Shown: positions 51,904-63,002, counted from the first letter of the stretch. The stretch: DNA of 64,000 bases from an uncultured bacterium (GCA_963732385.1 CAVSZB010000007.1:641685-705684), one strand, 5' to 3'. Program-made: numbers and translations. The notes: generated from the sequence alone by a model not told the origin.

Positions 51904-52671
51904 TCAGGCGGCACCCGTGCGCCTCCCCGGGCGAGCCAGCCAGACCAGCAGCGCACCACCAAAGACCGCCAACGTCAGACTGACTCCCTGGTTCACGGTC
52001 AGTCCGCCGGCCAGACGCGCTTCCTGCTCGTACCAGCGGGCATAGTCCTCGACGTAACGCACCAGCCCATAGAACAGCAGGAACCTGGCGAACGTCGAGC
52101 CGACGGGCGCGCGTCGGCGTTCCCATAGCAGCAGGAGACCGCACACGCCGAACCCACCGAGCGATCCGTACAACTGGCTCGGATGCAGCGCCACATGGCC
52201 GAGGACCCGCGCCGGCACCGATCCCTCGGGGAAGGTCACGCCCCAGGGCAGGCGGGTCGGCAGGCCGAAGCAGCAGCCGTTCAGGAAACAGCCGATGCGC
52301 GTGATGCCGATGCCCAGCGCCACGGCCGGCGCCATCACGTCGGCCATTTCGAGGAAGACGACGCCACGCCGGCGGGCGAGCCACCAGACCGTGGCCGTGG
52401 CCAACACGATGCCACCGTACAGCGTCAGTCCCCCCTCCCAGATGTAGAACGCCCGGTACCAGGGGTGGAAATCGCCGGTGTGGGTCAGGACGAACAGCAA
52501 CCGCACGCCGACCAGCGACGACACGAGCACCGCGAAGCAGAAATCCATCACCGTGTCGTCGGCAAGGCCCCGCGCGCGACCGCGACGCAGACAGAGCAGG
52601 ATTCCCAGCAGGAAACTGAGCGACAGGGTGAGCCCGTAGCTCTTCAGAAAACCGAAAATGACGGGATGCAC
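51904..52671 (-). CDS. lgt: Prolipoprotein diacylglyceryl transferase
   Basis: Motifs IGITRIGCFLNGCCFG and PWGVTFP are present. Confidence 0.9.
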   Translation of the reverse strand: MHPVIFGFLKSYGLTLSLSFLLGILLCLRRGRARGLADDTVMDFCFAVLVSSLVGVRLLFVLTHTGDFHPWYRAFYIWEGGLTLYGGIVLATATVWWLARRRGVVFLEMADVMAPAVALGIGITRIGCFLNGCCFGLPTRLPWGVTFPEGSVPARVLGHVALHPSQLYGSLGGFGVCGLLLLWERRRAPVGSTFARFLLFYGLVRYVEDYARWYEQEARLAGGLTVNQGVSLTLAVFGGALLVWLARPGRRTGAA

Positions 52672-52680
52672 GGCTCCTCC

Positions 52681-53955
52681 TCAGGCATCGTAGTCCCGGG
52701 CGCCGACATTCAGCAGCAGGCCGGTCAAAAACGCACTGGTCAAAAGGTTCGAGCCACCATAGCTGAGCAGCGGGAGGGGCACTCCCGTCACCGGCATCAG
52801 GCCGCTCGTGATGGACACGTTCACCACCACATGGAAAAAGAAATAGGCGGTGGCGCCGATCGCAACGAACGAGGCGAAAGGACGGCGCGCCTCGGCCGCC
52901 ACGGCGAGACCGCGCAGGATCAGGATCAGGAACAGCAGCAGCAACACGCTCGCGCCGAGCAGGCCGAGTTCCTCCCCTACGACCGAGAAGATGAAGTCCG
53001 TCTGCCGTTCCGGGAGAAAGGCGAGCCCCTTCTGCGTCCCGCGAAGATAGTGGGTGCCGAACAACCCGCCGGCGCCGATCGCCACCTTCGACTGGAACAC
53101 CTGGTACCCCGCTCCCATGGTGTCGCGGCTGGGATCGAAGAAGGTCAGCACGCGGTTCTGCTGGTACGGTTCGAGCAGGCCCCAGATCAAGGGGATGCCC
53201 AGACCGGTTACAATATTGCCCACGAGCAGCACCGCACTCTCGCCGAGTCTGAACCGCCCCAGGAACAGCACCCCCAGCAGCAGCAGCAGGTAGATGCCCC
53301 ACGGCCAGGCCTGATGCACCACCGACTCGGAATAGAAGCTGATCACCGCGCTCAACACCGGCGAGCCGACCGCCAGCAGGAAGACCCACGAAACGCCGTA
53401 CCACGTGAGCATCGCCAGCCAGAGCGCGGGAAAGACCAGCGCGGTTCCCAGATCGGGCTCCTTGAGAACGAGCAGGAAAGGCAGCCCCACCAGCACACCG
53501 GTCTGCGCGACCATCATCGGGGAGTGCCGCTCCGGCGACTGCCGGGTCATGACGCGGGCCAGCAGCAGGATGAGGCAGACCTTCGCGAACTCAGCCGGTT
53601 GCAGGCTGAACGGGCCCAGGGGGAACCAGCGCCGGGCCCCCATGACGACCGGGGCCACGGCCAGCACCGTGATCAGCATCACGATCGACGCGCCATAGAA
53701 CAGCGGCGACAACTCCTCGAGATGACGCAGCGGCAGACGCGCCGCAAACAGCAGCATGAACCAGGCGATCCCCATCCAGATCATCTGACGCCAGAAGATC
53801 GACTTCGGCACGCCCGGGTCGAAACTCTCGTAGGGACCGCGGATGGATTCGGTCACGCTCCACAGCATGGCCAGGCCGTAGAGACAGAGACCGGCGTAGG
53901 CCAGGAGCAGACGGCGGTCGCCCTTTGGCAGGAGCATCGCCAGCCGTGTCTTCAT
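52681..53955 (-). CDS. rodA: Peptidoglycan glycosyltransferase RodA (SEDS family)
   Basis: There are 10 TM segments and a C-terminus GLMPVTGVPLPLLSYGGS. The ATG at 53955 overlaps the mrdA stop as ATGA. Confidence 0.9.
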   Translation of the reverse strand: MKTRLAMLLPKGDRRLLLAYAGLCLYGLAMLWSVTESIRGPYESFDPGVPKSIFWRQMIWMGIAWFMLLFAARLPLRHLEELSPLFYGASIVMLITVLAVAPVVMGARRWFPLGPFSLQPAEFAKVCLILLLARVMTRQSPERHSPMMVAQTGVLVGLPFLLVLKEPDLGTALVFPALWLAMLTWYGVSWVFLLAVGSPVLSAVISFYSESVVHQAWPWGIYLLLLLGVLFLGRFRLGESAVLLVGNIVTGLGIPLIWGLLEPYQQNRVLTFFDPSRDTMGAGYQVFQSKVAIGAGGLFGTHYLRGTQKGLAFLPERQTDFIFSVVGEELGLLGASVLLLLFLILILRGLAVAAEARRPFASFVAIGATAYFFFHVVVNVSITSGLMPVTGVPLPLLSYGGSNLLTSAFLTGLLLNVGARDYDA

Positions 53956-55769
53956 GGCCCGCCTCCCGCCGACCGAGCCGGCGCCGCGGGCTTGCCCGCC
54001 GCAACCGGATTCGCAGCCGAGTCGGCAGCCGCCCGGCCCGCGAAATAGGCCTTCAGCCAGCGCGCCGTCACCGGGGCCGCCACCGATCCGCCGTGACCGC
54101 CGTGCTCGATGATCACCGCCAGCGCCACTTCGGGCGCCTCCACCGGCGCGTAGCAGACGAACCAGGCATGATCGCCGCCCTGCGAATTCTGGGCGGTTCC
54201 GGTCTTGCCGCCCACCCGGTACCCCTCCACGCGCCCCGCAGTGCCGGTGCCCTCCTCCACCACACGGGCCATCGCGCCCCGCACCCAGGCCAGATGTTCC
54301 TCGGCGAACGGCAACGGCTCGATCCTCCCGCGCGGCTCGCCGACCAGGAAATGCGGCCGGTCCACCCGGCCAGAACTGGCCACGGTGGCGGTCAACATGG
54401 CCATCTGCAGCGGCGTGACCGCGACCTCGCCCTGACCAATGGCGTTGTTGAGCATCACGGCGCGCGTCCAGCCCCGCTTCCCGAAGCGTTTGTCGTACCA
54501 CGCCGACGACGGGATAAGCCCGCCGGATTCGTTGCGGAAAGGAACCCCCGTGGGCCGGCCGAGGTGCAGAGCCAGCGCGGCCCGCTGCATCTGGTCGATG
54601 TTGAGGTGCAGACCGAGTTGATAGTAGAACGTGTCGCACGACTTGACGAGCGCCAGCTCGTGGTCGAGCGACCCGTGCCCCTCCTTCTTCCAGCAGCGGA
54701 AGAAGCGGCTGCCGAACTGATAGCCGCCACCACACGCCTGGAACGTGCCGTGGGGATCCACCACGCCGTTGAACAGGCCGCAGAGCGAGGTCACGATCTT
54801 GTAGGGGGAGCCGGGCGGATAGGTCGCCTGCATGATCCGGTTGAAGAGAGGTCGATCGGGATCGTCGCGCAGCCGCCGCCAATCGTCCACTCCGATGCCG
54901 CCCACGAAGAGGTTCGGATCGTAGGAGGGGGAGCTGTACGCCGCCAGCACCTCGCCCGACGGCACCGCCATCGCCACCGCGCTGCCCGGCCTTCCCGCCA
55001 TGGCGGCCGCCAGAGTCTCCTGAAGGGCCAGGGAGAGGGAAAGGCGCAGGTCCTCGCCCGCGGTCACCTGCTCCAGCCAGACGGCGGCGCGGCCGACCAC
55101 CCGTCCGGCCGCGTTGACCTCCTCGATGCGCGTGCCGGCCCGGCCCCGCAGACGCGTCTCCAGCCCCGCTTCGAGGCCCGACTTGCCCACCAGATCGCCC
55201 GGCGCATAGACCCCCACCGGCCACGCCGAGTCCATCTCGGCCTGGGTCACCTCCGACACGTAGCCGGTCACGTGGGCCAGCATCGGTCCGTACAGGTAAC
55301 GTCGCCGGGAGCGCGCCTCCACCCTGGCTCCGGGCAGCTGCGTCCGCCGCTCCTCGACCGCGGCGATCTGACGCATGGTGGCGCCCGACACGACGGTCAG
55401 ACGCTCCTGGCCCCGCTGGAAATCGCGCTGCATCCGCGCCAGCGTCTCCGCGCGTGGCAGCTCCAGCCAGGTGATCAGGCGATCGAGGGTGCTGTCCGGA
55501 GCGACCTTCCCCTTCCGCCGCAGCGACCCCGGCCCCACCGTGATGTCCGCCACGTAGACATTATCGGCCAGCACGCGGCCGTCACGATCGAGCAGACGAC
55601 CCCGTGGCGGGCGCACCCGCGTGCGCACCTCGCGATTCTCCACGGAACGGGCCTTCAGTTCGTTGTGGCGCACGACCTGCAGGATGAAGAGGTTCGTAAA
55701 GAGGACCCCGAACAACGCCACGACCGCGATCCGAAACACGTTCGCGCGCTGGGGGCGGTCGGCGAACAC
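53952..55769 (-). CDS. mrdA: Penicillin-binding protein 2 (elongasome transpeptidase)
   Basis: The SxxK, SxN and KTG-type motifs (GSVFKP, SSG, KTGTAQ) are present. A probable GTG start overlaps the mreD stop (AGTGAGTGC). Confidence 0.9.
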   Translation of the reverse strand: MFADRPQRANVFRIAVVALFGVLFTNLFILQVVRHNELKARSVENREVRTRVRPPRGRLLDRDGRVLADNVYVADITVGPGSLRRKGKVAPDSTLDRLITWLELPRAETLARMQRDFQRGQERLTVVSGATMRQIAAVEERRTQLPGARVEARSRRRYLYGPMLAHVTGYVSEVTQAEMDSAWPVGVYAPGDLVGKSGLEAGLETRLRGRAGTRIEEVNAAGRVVGRAAVWLEQVTAGEDLRLSLSLALQETLAAAMAGRPGSAVAMAVPSGEVLAAYSSPSYDPNLFVGGIGVDDWRRLRDDPDRPLFNRIMQATYPPGSPYKIVTSLCGLFNGVVDPHGTFQACGGGYQFGSRFFRCWKKEGHGSLDHELALVKSCDTFYYQLGLHLNIDQMQRAALALHLGRPTGVPFRNESGGLIPSSAWYDKRFGKRGWTRAVMLNNAIGQGEVAVTPLQMAMLTATVASSGRVDRPHFLVGEPRGRIEPLPFAEEHLAWVRGAMARVVEEGTGTAGRVEGYRVGGKTGTAQNSQGGDHAWFVCYAPVEAPEVALAVIIEHGGHGGSVAAPVTARWLKAYFAGRAAADSAANPVAAGKPAAPARSAGGGP

Positions 55770-55776
55770 GGCGCAC

Positions 55777-56268
55777 TCACTCTTCCGGGTCGAGGATCCG
55801 CAGGCAGGCGGCCAGGCGCAGCAGCGGCACGCCGAGCAGCCCCGTGAACAGCGCCCCGGGCAGCGCCTGCAGCAGGAACGGGCGCAGGAACGACCCCAGG
55901 CCGAAACCACTCTCCCCGGCCAGATAGATCGTCTGATGCACCAGCGAAGCGAGCGCCACGAGGGCCCCCTCCGCCATCGGGTGGCCGTAGAGCAGCATGC
56001 CACGCAACCGCCCACAACCGTAGCCGACGATCGTCTGCGCCAGCGCGTGCAACCCGAGCAGTTGCGGGCAGGCCAGGTCCTGGACCAGGCCCAGGACAAG
56101 CCCCCCGACCGTCGCCATGAAGGCGCCCCGCGCCAGGGCCAGGACAACGATGGCGATCACGGCGAAATCGGGCGTGACGCCTCCGATGCTCAACAACGGC
56201 GCGAGCCCGACTTCGCCGACGAAGGCCACCGCCAGAACGAACAGCAGGGTGCGGCTGGATGAACTCAT
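55777..56268 (-). CDS. mreD: Rod shape-determining protein MreD
   Basis: A small polytopic membrane protein in the mreC-mrdA position. The ATGA overlaps mreC. Confidence 0.85.
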   Translation of the reverse strand: MSSSSRTLLFVLAVAFVGEVGLAPLLSIGGVTPDFAVIAIVVLALARGAFMATVGGLVLGLVQDLACPQLLGLHALAQTIVGYGCGRLRGMLLYGHPMAEGALVALASLVHQTIYLAGESGFGLGSFLRPFLLQALPGALFTGLLGVPLLRLAACLRILDPEE

Positions 56269-57263
56269 CGCCCGCCCCCTCCGGGTGGGGGAAGCGACGC
56301 TTCGGCCGGGATCTGGAAAATGGCGCCCCGCCGCTCGACGCGCGCGCTGTCGGGCCGTGCCGGGCCGGCGCTGTCCGCCGGCGCCACGCCGCCCGCCACC
56401 GTATCCGCGTCGGCAACCGGAAGGGCCGGCAGGTACCATTCTCCCGGCACCGTGACCACGAAAACCACGTCATTGCGCCGCAGCGAGGCGAGGGGCGAAA
56501 CCCGGATCGTCTTGAACAACTGGTCGGCAGGCGCGGAGACCTCGCGCACCTTTCCCACCGGCAGTCCGCGCGGAAAACTCGCCTCGGGGCGCGTGCCGCC
56601 GCCCGACTCATGCAGTTCGGCGATGCCGGAGGTCAGGATGCGATCGCCCGGCACCACATCCTCGTCACGGCCCACCATGTCCAGCACGAAGTCCCCGTCG
56701 CGGGGGCGCAGGATACCGAGCACCCCGTTGCGCTCGATCTCGCAGCCGAGCGCCAGGTCAGGGGAGGTCAGGAGTTCCACCCATGCCTCGTACGATCCGG
56801 ACGGCTGCTTCACGCGGCCGAGCAGTCCGGCCGGGGTGATCACCGGCTGGGACAGTCGCCAAAGCACCGGTTGTGCGCTGCGGATCCTGATCAGACTGGG
56901 CAGGCGCCCGGAACGACGCGCCACCACTTCGCACGGCTGCAGAGAGCCGACGCAGGCCGCGCGCAGGCCGGCGGCTTCGCCGAGTCGCCCGACGTCGCGC
57001 CGCAGGCGCGCCAGCCCGCTGCGCTCCAGTTCAAGCGCGGCGACCTCCGCGCGCAGCGCCGCATTCTGCCGCTTCACCCGCCCCACATCCTCGATGAAAT
57101 CCCGCAGCCGGAAGAATGGGTCGGTGGTCACCGCGCCGAGCGAGTCCGCCACGCGCAGTTGAGCGGAATCGGGCAGCAGCAGCAGGCCCGCGCAGATGGC
57201 GATACAGATCCCGAAGGCGGCCTTCTCCGCCCGACGCGAGAGATGGAAGCCGCGTGAAGGCAT
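56265..57263 (-). CDS. mreC: Rod shape-determining protein MreC
   Basis: An N-terminal TM is followed by a coiled coil (ALRAEVAALELE) and then beta-rich domains. Confidence 0.9.
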   Translation of the reverse strand: MPSRGFHLSRRAEKAAFGICIAICAGLLLLPDSAQLRVADSLGAVTTDPFFRLRDFIEDVGRVKRQNAALRAEVAALELERSGLARLRRDVGRLGEAAGLRAACVGSLQPCEVVARRSGRLPSLIRIRSAQPVLWRLSQPVITPAGLLGRVKQPSGSYEAWVELLTSPDLALGCEIERNGVLGILRPRDGDFVLDMVGRDEDVVPGDRILTSGIAELHESGGGTRPEASFPRGLPVGKVREVSAPADQLFKTIRVSPLASLRRNDVVFVVTVPGEWYLPALPVADADTVAGGVAPADSAGPARPDSARVERRGAIFQIPAEASLPPPGGGGR

Positions 57264-57270
57264 GATGTGA

Positions 57271-58305
57271 TCAGTCCCGGGCGCCGCGCATGATCACCGG
57301 GCGGTAGCGCTCGAAGTCGTCGAGGATCTTCCCGGTACCGAGCACCACGCAGAATAGCGGATCGTCCATCACGTTGATGGGCAGATCGGTCTGCTCCCGC
57401 AACAGTTCAGGCAGGCCGCGCAGCAGCGCACCGCCGCCGGTCATGACAATACCGCGGTCCTTGATGTCGGCCGCCAGTTCAGGGGGCGTCTGTTCGAGCG
57501 CATGCTTGAGCGCATCGCAGATGGCCTGGATCGGTTCCTGCAGCGCCTCGCGTATCTCGACGGTGGAGATCTTCATCATCTTGGGCATGCCCGACACCTG
57601 GTCGAGTCCCTTGATCTCCATGTCCTCTTCCTTGTCGAGCTTGTAGGCGGTGCCGATCTTCTTCTTGATGCCCTCCGCCGTCTGGTCGCCGATCAGCATG
57701 TTGTGGTTCTTCTTGATGTAGGTGACGATCGCCTCGTCCATCTCGTCGCCGCCGACCCGGATCGAGGTATCGCAAACGATCCCGTTGAGCGCGATGACCG
57801 CGATTTCGGTCGTGCCGCCGCCGATGTCGATGATCATGTTGCCGCTCGGCTGATCGACCGGCAGCCCTACGCCGATCGCCGCCGCGATCGGCTCCGCCAC
57901 GAGGAACACTTCACGCGCGCCGGCGTGCTTGGCCGAATCGCGCACCGCGCGCTTCTCCACTTCGGTGATACCCGACGGCACACAGATCACGATGCGCGGC
58001 GCCACGAAATGCCGCTTCTTCTGCGCGAGCCGGATGAACTCGCGCAGCATGTACTCGGTGACCTCGAAATCGGCGATCACGCCGTCCTTCAGGGGCCGGA
58101 TGGCCGAGATGCTCTCGGGCGTCTTGCCGATCATGGCTTTCGCCTCGGTGCCCACGGCGTAGACCTTGCCGGTTCCCTTGTGGATGGCCACGACCGAAGG
58201 CTGGTTCAGCACGATGCCCTTGCCCTTGATATAGACCAGGGTATTGGCGGTGCCGAGATCGATCGCCACGTCGTTGGCCAGCAGTCCCGAGAATGCCTTG
58301 AACAT
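57271..58305 (-). CDS. mreB: Rod shape-determining actin homologue MreB
   Basis: Motifs DLGTANTLVYIKGKGIV and IDIGGGTTEIAVI are present. Confidence 0.95.
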   Translation of the reverse strand: MFKAFSGLLANDVAIDLGTANTLVYIKGKGIVLNQPSVVAIHKGTGKVYAVGTEAKAMIGKTPESISAIRPLKDGVIADFEVTEYMLREFIRLAQKKRHFVAPRIVICVPSGITEVEKRAVRDSAKHAGAREVFLVAEPIAAAIGVGLPVDQPSGNMIIDIGGGTTEIAVIALNGIVCDTSIRVGGDEMDEAIVTYIKKNHNMLIGDQTAEGIKKKIGTAYKLDKEEDMEIKGLDQVSGMPKMMKISTVEIREALQEPIQAICDALKHALEQTPPELAADIKDRGIVMTGGGALLRGLPELLREQTDLPINVMDDPLFCVVLGTGKILDDFERYRPVIMRGARD

Positions 58306-58309
58306 AATG

Positions 58310-59050
58310 TCACCCTTCAGAGTCCGGACAGGGATCCCCGCCCGCTTGCCAATCAGGTCCGGGCCAGCCGTGCTCCCTGAGACTCGTGAACTCTCCCCGA
58401 CCGACCACGATATGGTCGAGCAACTCGATGCCCAGCAACCGTCCGCAGCGCGCGAGGCGGCCGGTCAGTCCGATATCGTCCCCGCTCGGTCGCGCGCACC
58501 CGGACGGGTGATTGTGCGCCGCGATCACCGCCGCCGCGCCCAGGGCCACCGCGCCGCGGAACAGTTCCCGCGGATGCACCAGCGACGCGTCGAGGCAACC
58601 GACCGAAACCGTTTCCACGGCCAGGACCCGATGGCGCGCGTCCAGCAACACCGCCAGGAAGTGCTCCCGGTCACAGCCGCGGAATTCCTCCTCCAGCACC
58701 GGCAGCAGGTCCTGGGGACGCGTCACCACGAGTCCGCGTACGCGACCCGGCGCGGACGCCCGCGCGCCCAGTTCAAAGGCGGCCGCGAGTCGTCCCGCCC
58801 GCCCGGGGCCACACCCCGGTTCGCGCAACAGAACCGCCGTCCGCAGGCCGCACAGCGCCGAGAGAGAGTCGTGGCGACCGAGCAGACTGGCCGCCAGCAC
58901 CGGAGCCGGTACCGGCCCGCCCGGACCGAGCACCAGCGCCAGCAACTCCGCCGGCGAGAGCGACTTGGCGCCGCCGCGCAACAAACGCTCGACGGCCGAA
59001 CCGGCCGCCGGCACCCGAGACGCGCCGCCGGCAGGGGCCGCCCCCCCCTG
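58310..59050 (-). CDS. radC: RadC-family JAB/MPN domain protein
   Basis: The motif HNHPSGCARPSGDD (JAMM) is present. The start is uncertain; the track ORF extends to 59275. Confidence 0.8.
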   Translation of the reverse strand, partial: QGGAAPAGGASRVPAAGSAVERLLRGGAKSLSPAELLALVLGPGGPVPAPVLAASLLGRHDSLSALCGLRTAVLLREPGCGPGRAGRLAAAFELGARASAPGRVRGLVVTRPQDLLPVLEEEFRGCDREHFLAVLLDARHRVLAVETVSVGCLDASLVHPRELFRGAVALGAAAVIAAHNHPSGCARPSGDDIGLTGRLARCGRLLGIELLDHIVVGRGEFTSLREHGWPGPDWQAGGDPCPDSEG

Positions 59051-59168
59051 CAATATGCGTATCTCTTTGTTTTCCAGCGTACTACAGTTGTATGGAAGCG
59101 CGAGCAAGTTAGCAGCCCCCCCTTGACCGGGCAACCTTTTTCTCCGCCACGGCCGCTCCGCTTTCCGC

Positions 59169-60497
59169 TTGCCGGGCCGCGGGAGCGTTCCTATTCTTCG
59201 CCCCGGCTGCACCCTGGAGGACCGCCCCGTGAATGCACCGTTTCCCCCGCCCGATCGCGGCGTCATCGTACGCAAATACGGCGGCTCCTCGCTCGCCTCG
59301 ATCGATCGCCTGCGGGCGGTGGCGCGGGATCTGGTGGCCCAGCGGGCCGAAGGCTACGGACTGGTCGTGGTCGTCAGCGCGATGGGACGCTCCACCGACG
59401 AGCTGCTCCACCTCGCGTACCAGGCCAATCCGGAGCCGCCGCGTCGGGAGCTCGATATGCTGCTCTCGGTGGGCGAGCGGATCACGATGTCGCTCCTGTC
59501 CATGGCGCTCGACGCGGAACACTGCCCCGCGATCTCCTTCACCGGCAGCCAGGTCGGCATCATCACCGACACCAGCCACACCGACGCGCGCATCGTCGAG
59601 GTGCGCGCCGACCGGGTGCGGCGCTCGCTCGCCGAGGGGCGCGTGGTCGTCGTGGCCGGGTTCCAGGGGGTGAGCGTGGACCGCGAGATCACCACGCTCG
59701 GCCGCGGCGGCAGCGACACGACCGCCGTGGCGCTGGCCGCGGCGCTCGGCGCGCTGCGCTGCGAGATCCTCAAGGACGTCGACGGCGTATTCACCGCCGA
59801 CCCCCGCAAGGTTCCCGACGCCCGACGTCACGCCACGCTCACCTACGAGGAGATGGAACAGGTGGCCGCGACAGGATGCGGCGTCATCCACGCCCGCGCG
59901 GTCGAGTACGCACGGCGCCACGGCGTGCCGCTGCTGGTCGGCTCGAGCTTCGTTTCCGGACCCGGCACGCGGGTCGGACCGCCCGCCTCTCCACCTTCTC
60001 CGAACGTCGCCGCAGCGCCGGCCCGCGGGGATGACGCCGCCTGGCGCCCACTCACCATCAACGTGCGCGAGGATGCGGCGCTGCTCGCGCTGGCCGGCGA
60101 TCCGGCCGACGGCGGCGCCTCCTGGGCCAGTCTGGTGGCGGAGGCGACCGGCCGTGAAGTGATCCTGGCGGAGTGGCTGGAGCAGAGCGCGGAGCAGTGG
60201 CGCTGGGAAGCGATCGGCGAACCTACCGGCCTCGCGAAAATCCATGCCGTGCTGGCCGCGGCGGCGCGCGAGGGAGGACGGCTTCGCTTCCGGCGCGGTC
60301 TGGCCTGTCTGAGCCTGGCGGGGCCGCCGGGAGACGGCTGGACCGCCGCCCGCGCCGCGCTCGCGCCGCTGCTGGCCGCCTGCGAAATTGTCGACTGGGA
60401 AATCCGCACCGACGGCGGCGTGCTCAGACTGCTGGTGCCGGCGGCGGCGTTGCCGCGTTTGCTCGCCCCGCTGCACGCCGCACTCCTGACTGCCTGA
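59169..60497 (+). CDS. lysC: Aspartate kinase
   Basis: Motifs [10 protein letters not shown] and [15 protein letters not shown] are present. The start is 59169 or a GTG at 59229. Confidence 0.9.
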   Translation: MPGRGSVPILRPGCTLEDRPVNAPFPPPDRGVIVRKYGGSSLASIDRLRAVARDLVAQRAEGYGLVVVVSAMGRSTDELLHLAYQANPEPPRRELDMLLSVGERITMSLLSMALDAEHCPAISFTGSQVGIITDTSHTDARIVEVRADRVRRSLAEGRVVVVAGFQGVSVDREITTLGRGGSDTTAVALAAALGALRCEILKDVDGVFTADPRKVPDARRHATLTYEEMEQVAATGCGVIHARAVEYARRHGVPLLVGSSFVSGPGTRVGPPASPPSPNVAAAPARGDDAAWRPLTINVREDAALLALAGDPADGGASWASLVAEATGREVILAEWLEQSAEQWRWEAIGEPTGLAKIHAVLAAAAREGGRLRFRRGLACLSLAGPPGDGWTAARAALAPLLAACEIVDWEIRTDGGVLRLLVPAAALPRLLAPLHAALLTA

Positions 60498-61689
60498 CCT
60501 CGCTTTCCAGAAATTCCCGCCACGTCCCGGCCGGGAACTCTCTCCGGGCGATCTCCTGCCAGTCGGCCGCCTCCGCCGGATCTCCGAGTCGTCCGCGCAG
60601 CAGAACGATCGCACGGGCCAGGGAAAACTCCGCGCGACGGTCGCGACGGTGATAGCGGTAAAGGTCAAGAAAGGCCTCCACGGCGCCGCGATAGTCCCCC
60701 TGCTTCTCGAGCAGAAACGCCGCGCGGGTCAGATCGTCGGCCGGGAGCACGAGCGCCGCATCGCCGCGCCGGGCCTCGCGATAGATTTCGAGGGCGAGGT
60801 CGTTCCGCCCCTCCCGCACCGCCACGGCGTACGCCTGGCGATATGCCTCGCGTGCATCCCCCGTTCGTCCGGTCATGCGGCGCGCCCGCGCCAGCGGCAA
60901 CAGCGCCTCGAGATCGTCCGGAGTCGTGCGCAGCCGGTCGAGCAGTTCCCCTTCGGCGGCCCACGCCTGACCCTGATTGAGGAACCTCCGGGCCCTCGCC
61001 AGCTTCCGCGCCCCCTGCGCCTCGTGGTGCCAGCCGAGCGCCAGAGCAAGGAACAGACCGAGGGCGAAGCCGCCGAAGTGCGCTCCGAAGGCGATGCGCG
61101 ATCCCGACTCGCGGGCGACCATTCCCTGCACGATCTGCAGGGACAGCCACACGGCGGCCGCCAGGGTGACCGGCACGTACGTTCGTCCCACCCGGTTGAC
61201 ACCCTGCAGGGGAGCGAAGATCCACCAGGCGACAGCAACGCGGGCGTAGTAGAAACGCACCAGGGCGATCGCCATCAGGCCGGCCAGGGCGCCCGAGGCA
61301 CCCAGGACCCCGGCGGGGCCCGGCGTCCAGCCGGCCGCCACGGTCACCCCGTGCGCCACGTTGCCCCACGCGCCGAGCATCAGGAAGTAGAGCAGAAATC
61401 GCCTATGGCCCAGACGGTCCTCGATCGGCGGCCCGAACGCCGCGAGATAAACCAGATTGCCCAGCAGGTGCAGCCACCCTCCGTGCAGGAAAATGGCCGT
61501 CACGGCGGCCCACGGCGCGGTCGAACCGGCGAGATAGATCAGGCGGGTCGGCGCCACCGGCAGCAGCCCGGGGAACCACTTCTGCCAGGCGAACACGACG
61601 GCCATCGTAGCGATCAAGCCGATCGTCACGCCTGGGTGACGCTCCCGCGGCTGGTCAAAGCCGACGGGGTAGTAATAGAGGAAATACAC
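60424..61689 (-). CDS. Rhomboid-family intramembrane serine protease fused to C-terminal TPR repeats
   Basis: The rhomboid motifs WRLLT-like [20 protein letters not shown] (catalytic Ser) and AHFGGF (His) are present. TPR-like repeats make up the last 200 aa. A GTG start lies near 61689. The 3' end overlaps lysC convergently by 74 nt. Confidence 0.8.
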   Translation of the reverse strand: MYFLYYYPVGFDQPRERHPGVTIGLIATMAVVFAWQKWFPGLLPVAPTRLIYLAGSTAPWAAVTAIFLHGGWLHLLGNLVYLAAFGPPIEDRLGHRRFLLYFLMLGAWGNVAHGVTVAAGWTPGPAGVLGASGALAGLMAIALVRFYYARVAVAWWIFAPLQGVNRVGRTYVPVTLAAAVWLSLQIVQGMVARESGSRIAFGAHFGGFALGLFLALALGWHHEAQGARKLARARRFLNQGQAWAAEGELLDRLRTTPDDLEALLPLARARRMTGRTGDAREAYRQAYAVAVREGRNDLALEIYREARRGDAALVLPADDLTRAAFLLEKQGDYRGAVEAFLDLYRYHRRDRRAEFSLARAIVLLRGRLGDPAEAADWQEIARREFPAGTWREFLESEVRQSGVRRAAGRANAATPPPAPAV

Positions 61690-61805
61690 GCGCACCCCTG
61701 GCCCCGCGCGATGCGGGTCCGGTCGGCGGACACAATACCATGACCTGTAGCGATTTTCGGCAGGACCGGGCCGATCTTGAGGACTGCAGGGGCGGTGATC
61801 CGCCC

Positions 61806-62975
61806 CTAGAACCGGTAGGCCAGCGAGACGCTCGAGAAGGTGGAAGCCTCCCCCGCGCCGGCGTTCGTCACCAGCGACCCCAGATTGAACGGTGCGTCGT
61901 CGTTGAACAGGAAGTCGGCGTCCAGATCGCCCAGGTGCAGGGCGCAGCCCAGCGTGAGGTCGAAGTCGTCGGTCAGCCCGAAGTTCGTGGCCGGTTGCCC
62001 GCGGCGGAGCTCGGGGGTCGAGAAAGCTCCGGCGCGCAGCGAAAACCACGGCCGCAGCCTGGCTTCGAGGCCGAGTCGCAGTACGATCATGTCGAAGGTG
62101 GCGCGGTCGATCAGCATATCCCCGTCGTCATTGAGCACATAGTGGCTCTCCTCGCCCAGCCGCCGTTCACACGACACCAGCCCCATGACCTCCCCGGTCG
62201 GGAAGAGGTTGACGCCGATGCCGTAGCGGGAGTCCCAGGAATCCCGGCGGACCGGGCGCCCCGGCGGTTCCCCCAGCAGCCAGCGGTCATCCCGACGGTA
62301 GGCGCAGACCGGCACCAGGGCCCACCCCTCCCGCGGACCGTGAAACGCACGCGCGCGCAGGCTGAAGCTGTCCCAGGAGCGACTGTTGAGAACAGGAAAA
62401 TCGCCCGGTTCCTGATAGTCGGTTGACGTTCCGCGCCAATCCCCCGCCAGATCCAGGTAGGTCGTCTCGCCGAGGTCCAGTCGCGCACCCAGACCGACGA
62501 GGGTTTCCCGCAGGTCTTCGTCGATTTCGCCATGATAGAACGCTCGGCGGTAGCCCACGACCATGCCCGCCTGGGCATGGGTCCAGGCCTTCCCATACAT
62601 CAGGACCCGCGCGCCGACCCCGTCGACCGACTCCTCGTCGCGGAAGAGATACAGCCCAAGCGTGCCATACCGTCGAACGGAATCCAGATCGAACAGCGCG
62701 CCGGCCCCCTGTCGCACCGCCTGCCGGTCCAGGGCGGAATTGCCGGCGCTCGCGTCATACTGCCCCAGTTCCAGCACCGCAGTGTTGGCATACGAGGAGA
62801 GACTTCCGTACCAGCGCGGGACGTTCGCAACGTCCTCGAAATAGTCCCCGTCGCCGCCGAGACTGCCAACGCGCGTCTCGGTTGCGGATGCCACGGAGGC
62901 CATAACAGCGATCAGGCCGAGGAGCGGCGCGAAGCGCAGAGAACGCAGGGCTACGGAGCAAAGCAGCAGCCGCAT
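61806..62975 (-). CDS. Predicted outer-membrane beta-barrel protein
   Basis: It has a signal peptide, alternating strands and a C-terminal ...SLAYRF with terminal Phe. AGGAGG lies upstream of the ATG at 62975. Confidence 0.6.
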   Translation of the reverse strand: MRLLLCSVALRSLRFAPLLGLIAVMASVASATETRVGSLGGDGDYFEDVANVPRWYGSLSSYANTAVLELGQYDASAGNSALDRQAVRQGAGALFDLDSVRRYGTLGLYLFRDEESVDGVGARVLMYGKAWTHAQAGMVVGYRRAFYHGEIDEDLRETLVGLGARLDLGETTYLDLAGDWRGTSTDYQEPGDFPVLNSRSWDSFSLRARAFHGPREGWALVPVCAYRRDDRWLLGEPPGRPVRRDSWDSRYGIGVNLFPTGEVMGLVSCERRLGEESHYVLNDDGDMLIDRATFDMIVLRLGLEARLRPWFSLRAGAFSTPELRRGQPATNFGLTDDFDLTLGCALHLGDLDADFLFNDDAPFNLGSLVTNAGAGEASTFSSVSLAYRF

Positions 62976-63002
62976 CGGGACATCAACCTCCTGGCGCCGG
63001 CG

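Noticed and set aside
52183-55847. 621-aa and 640-aa plus ORFs
   Set aside because: They are antisense to rodA and mrdA.
59051-59168. Lysine riboswitch (L-box) upstream of lysC
   Set aside because: The leader is only about 120-170 nt. I could not recognise the conserved L-box helices by eye. A covariance-model search (cmsearch) would be needed.
58244-60034. 596-aa plus ORF overlapping lysC in another frame
   Set aside because: The lysC frame has the aspartokinase motifs. This frame is Arg-rich junk.
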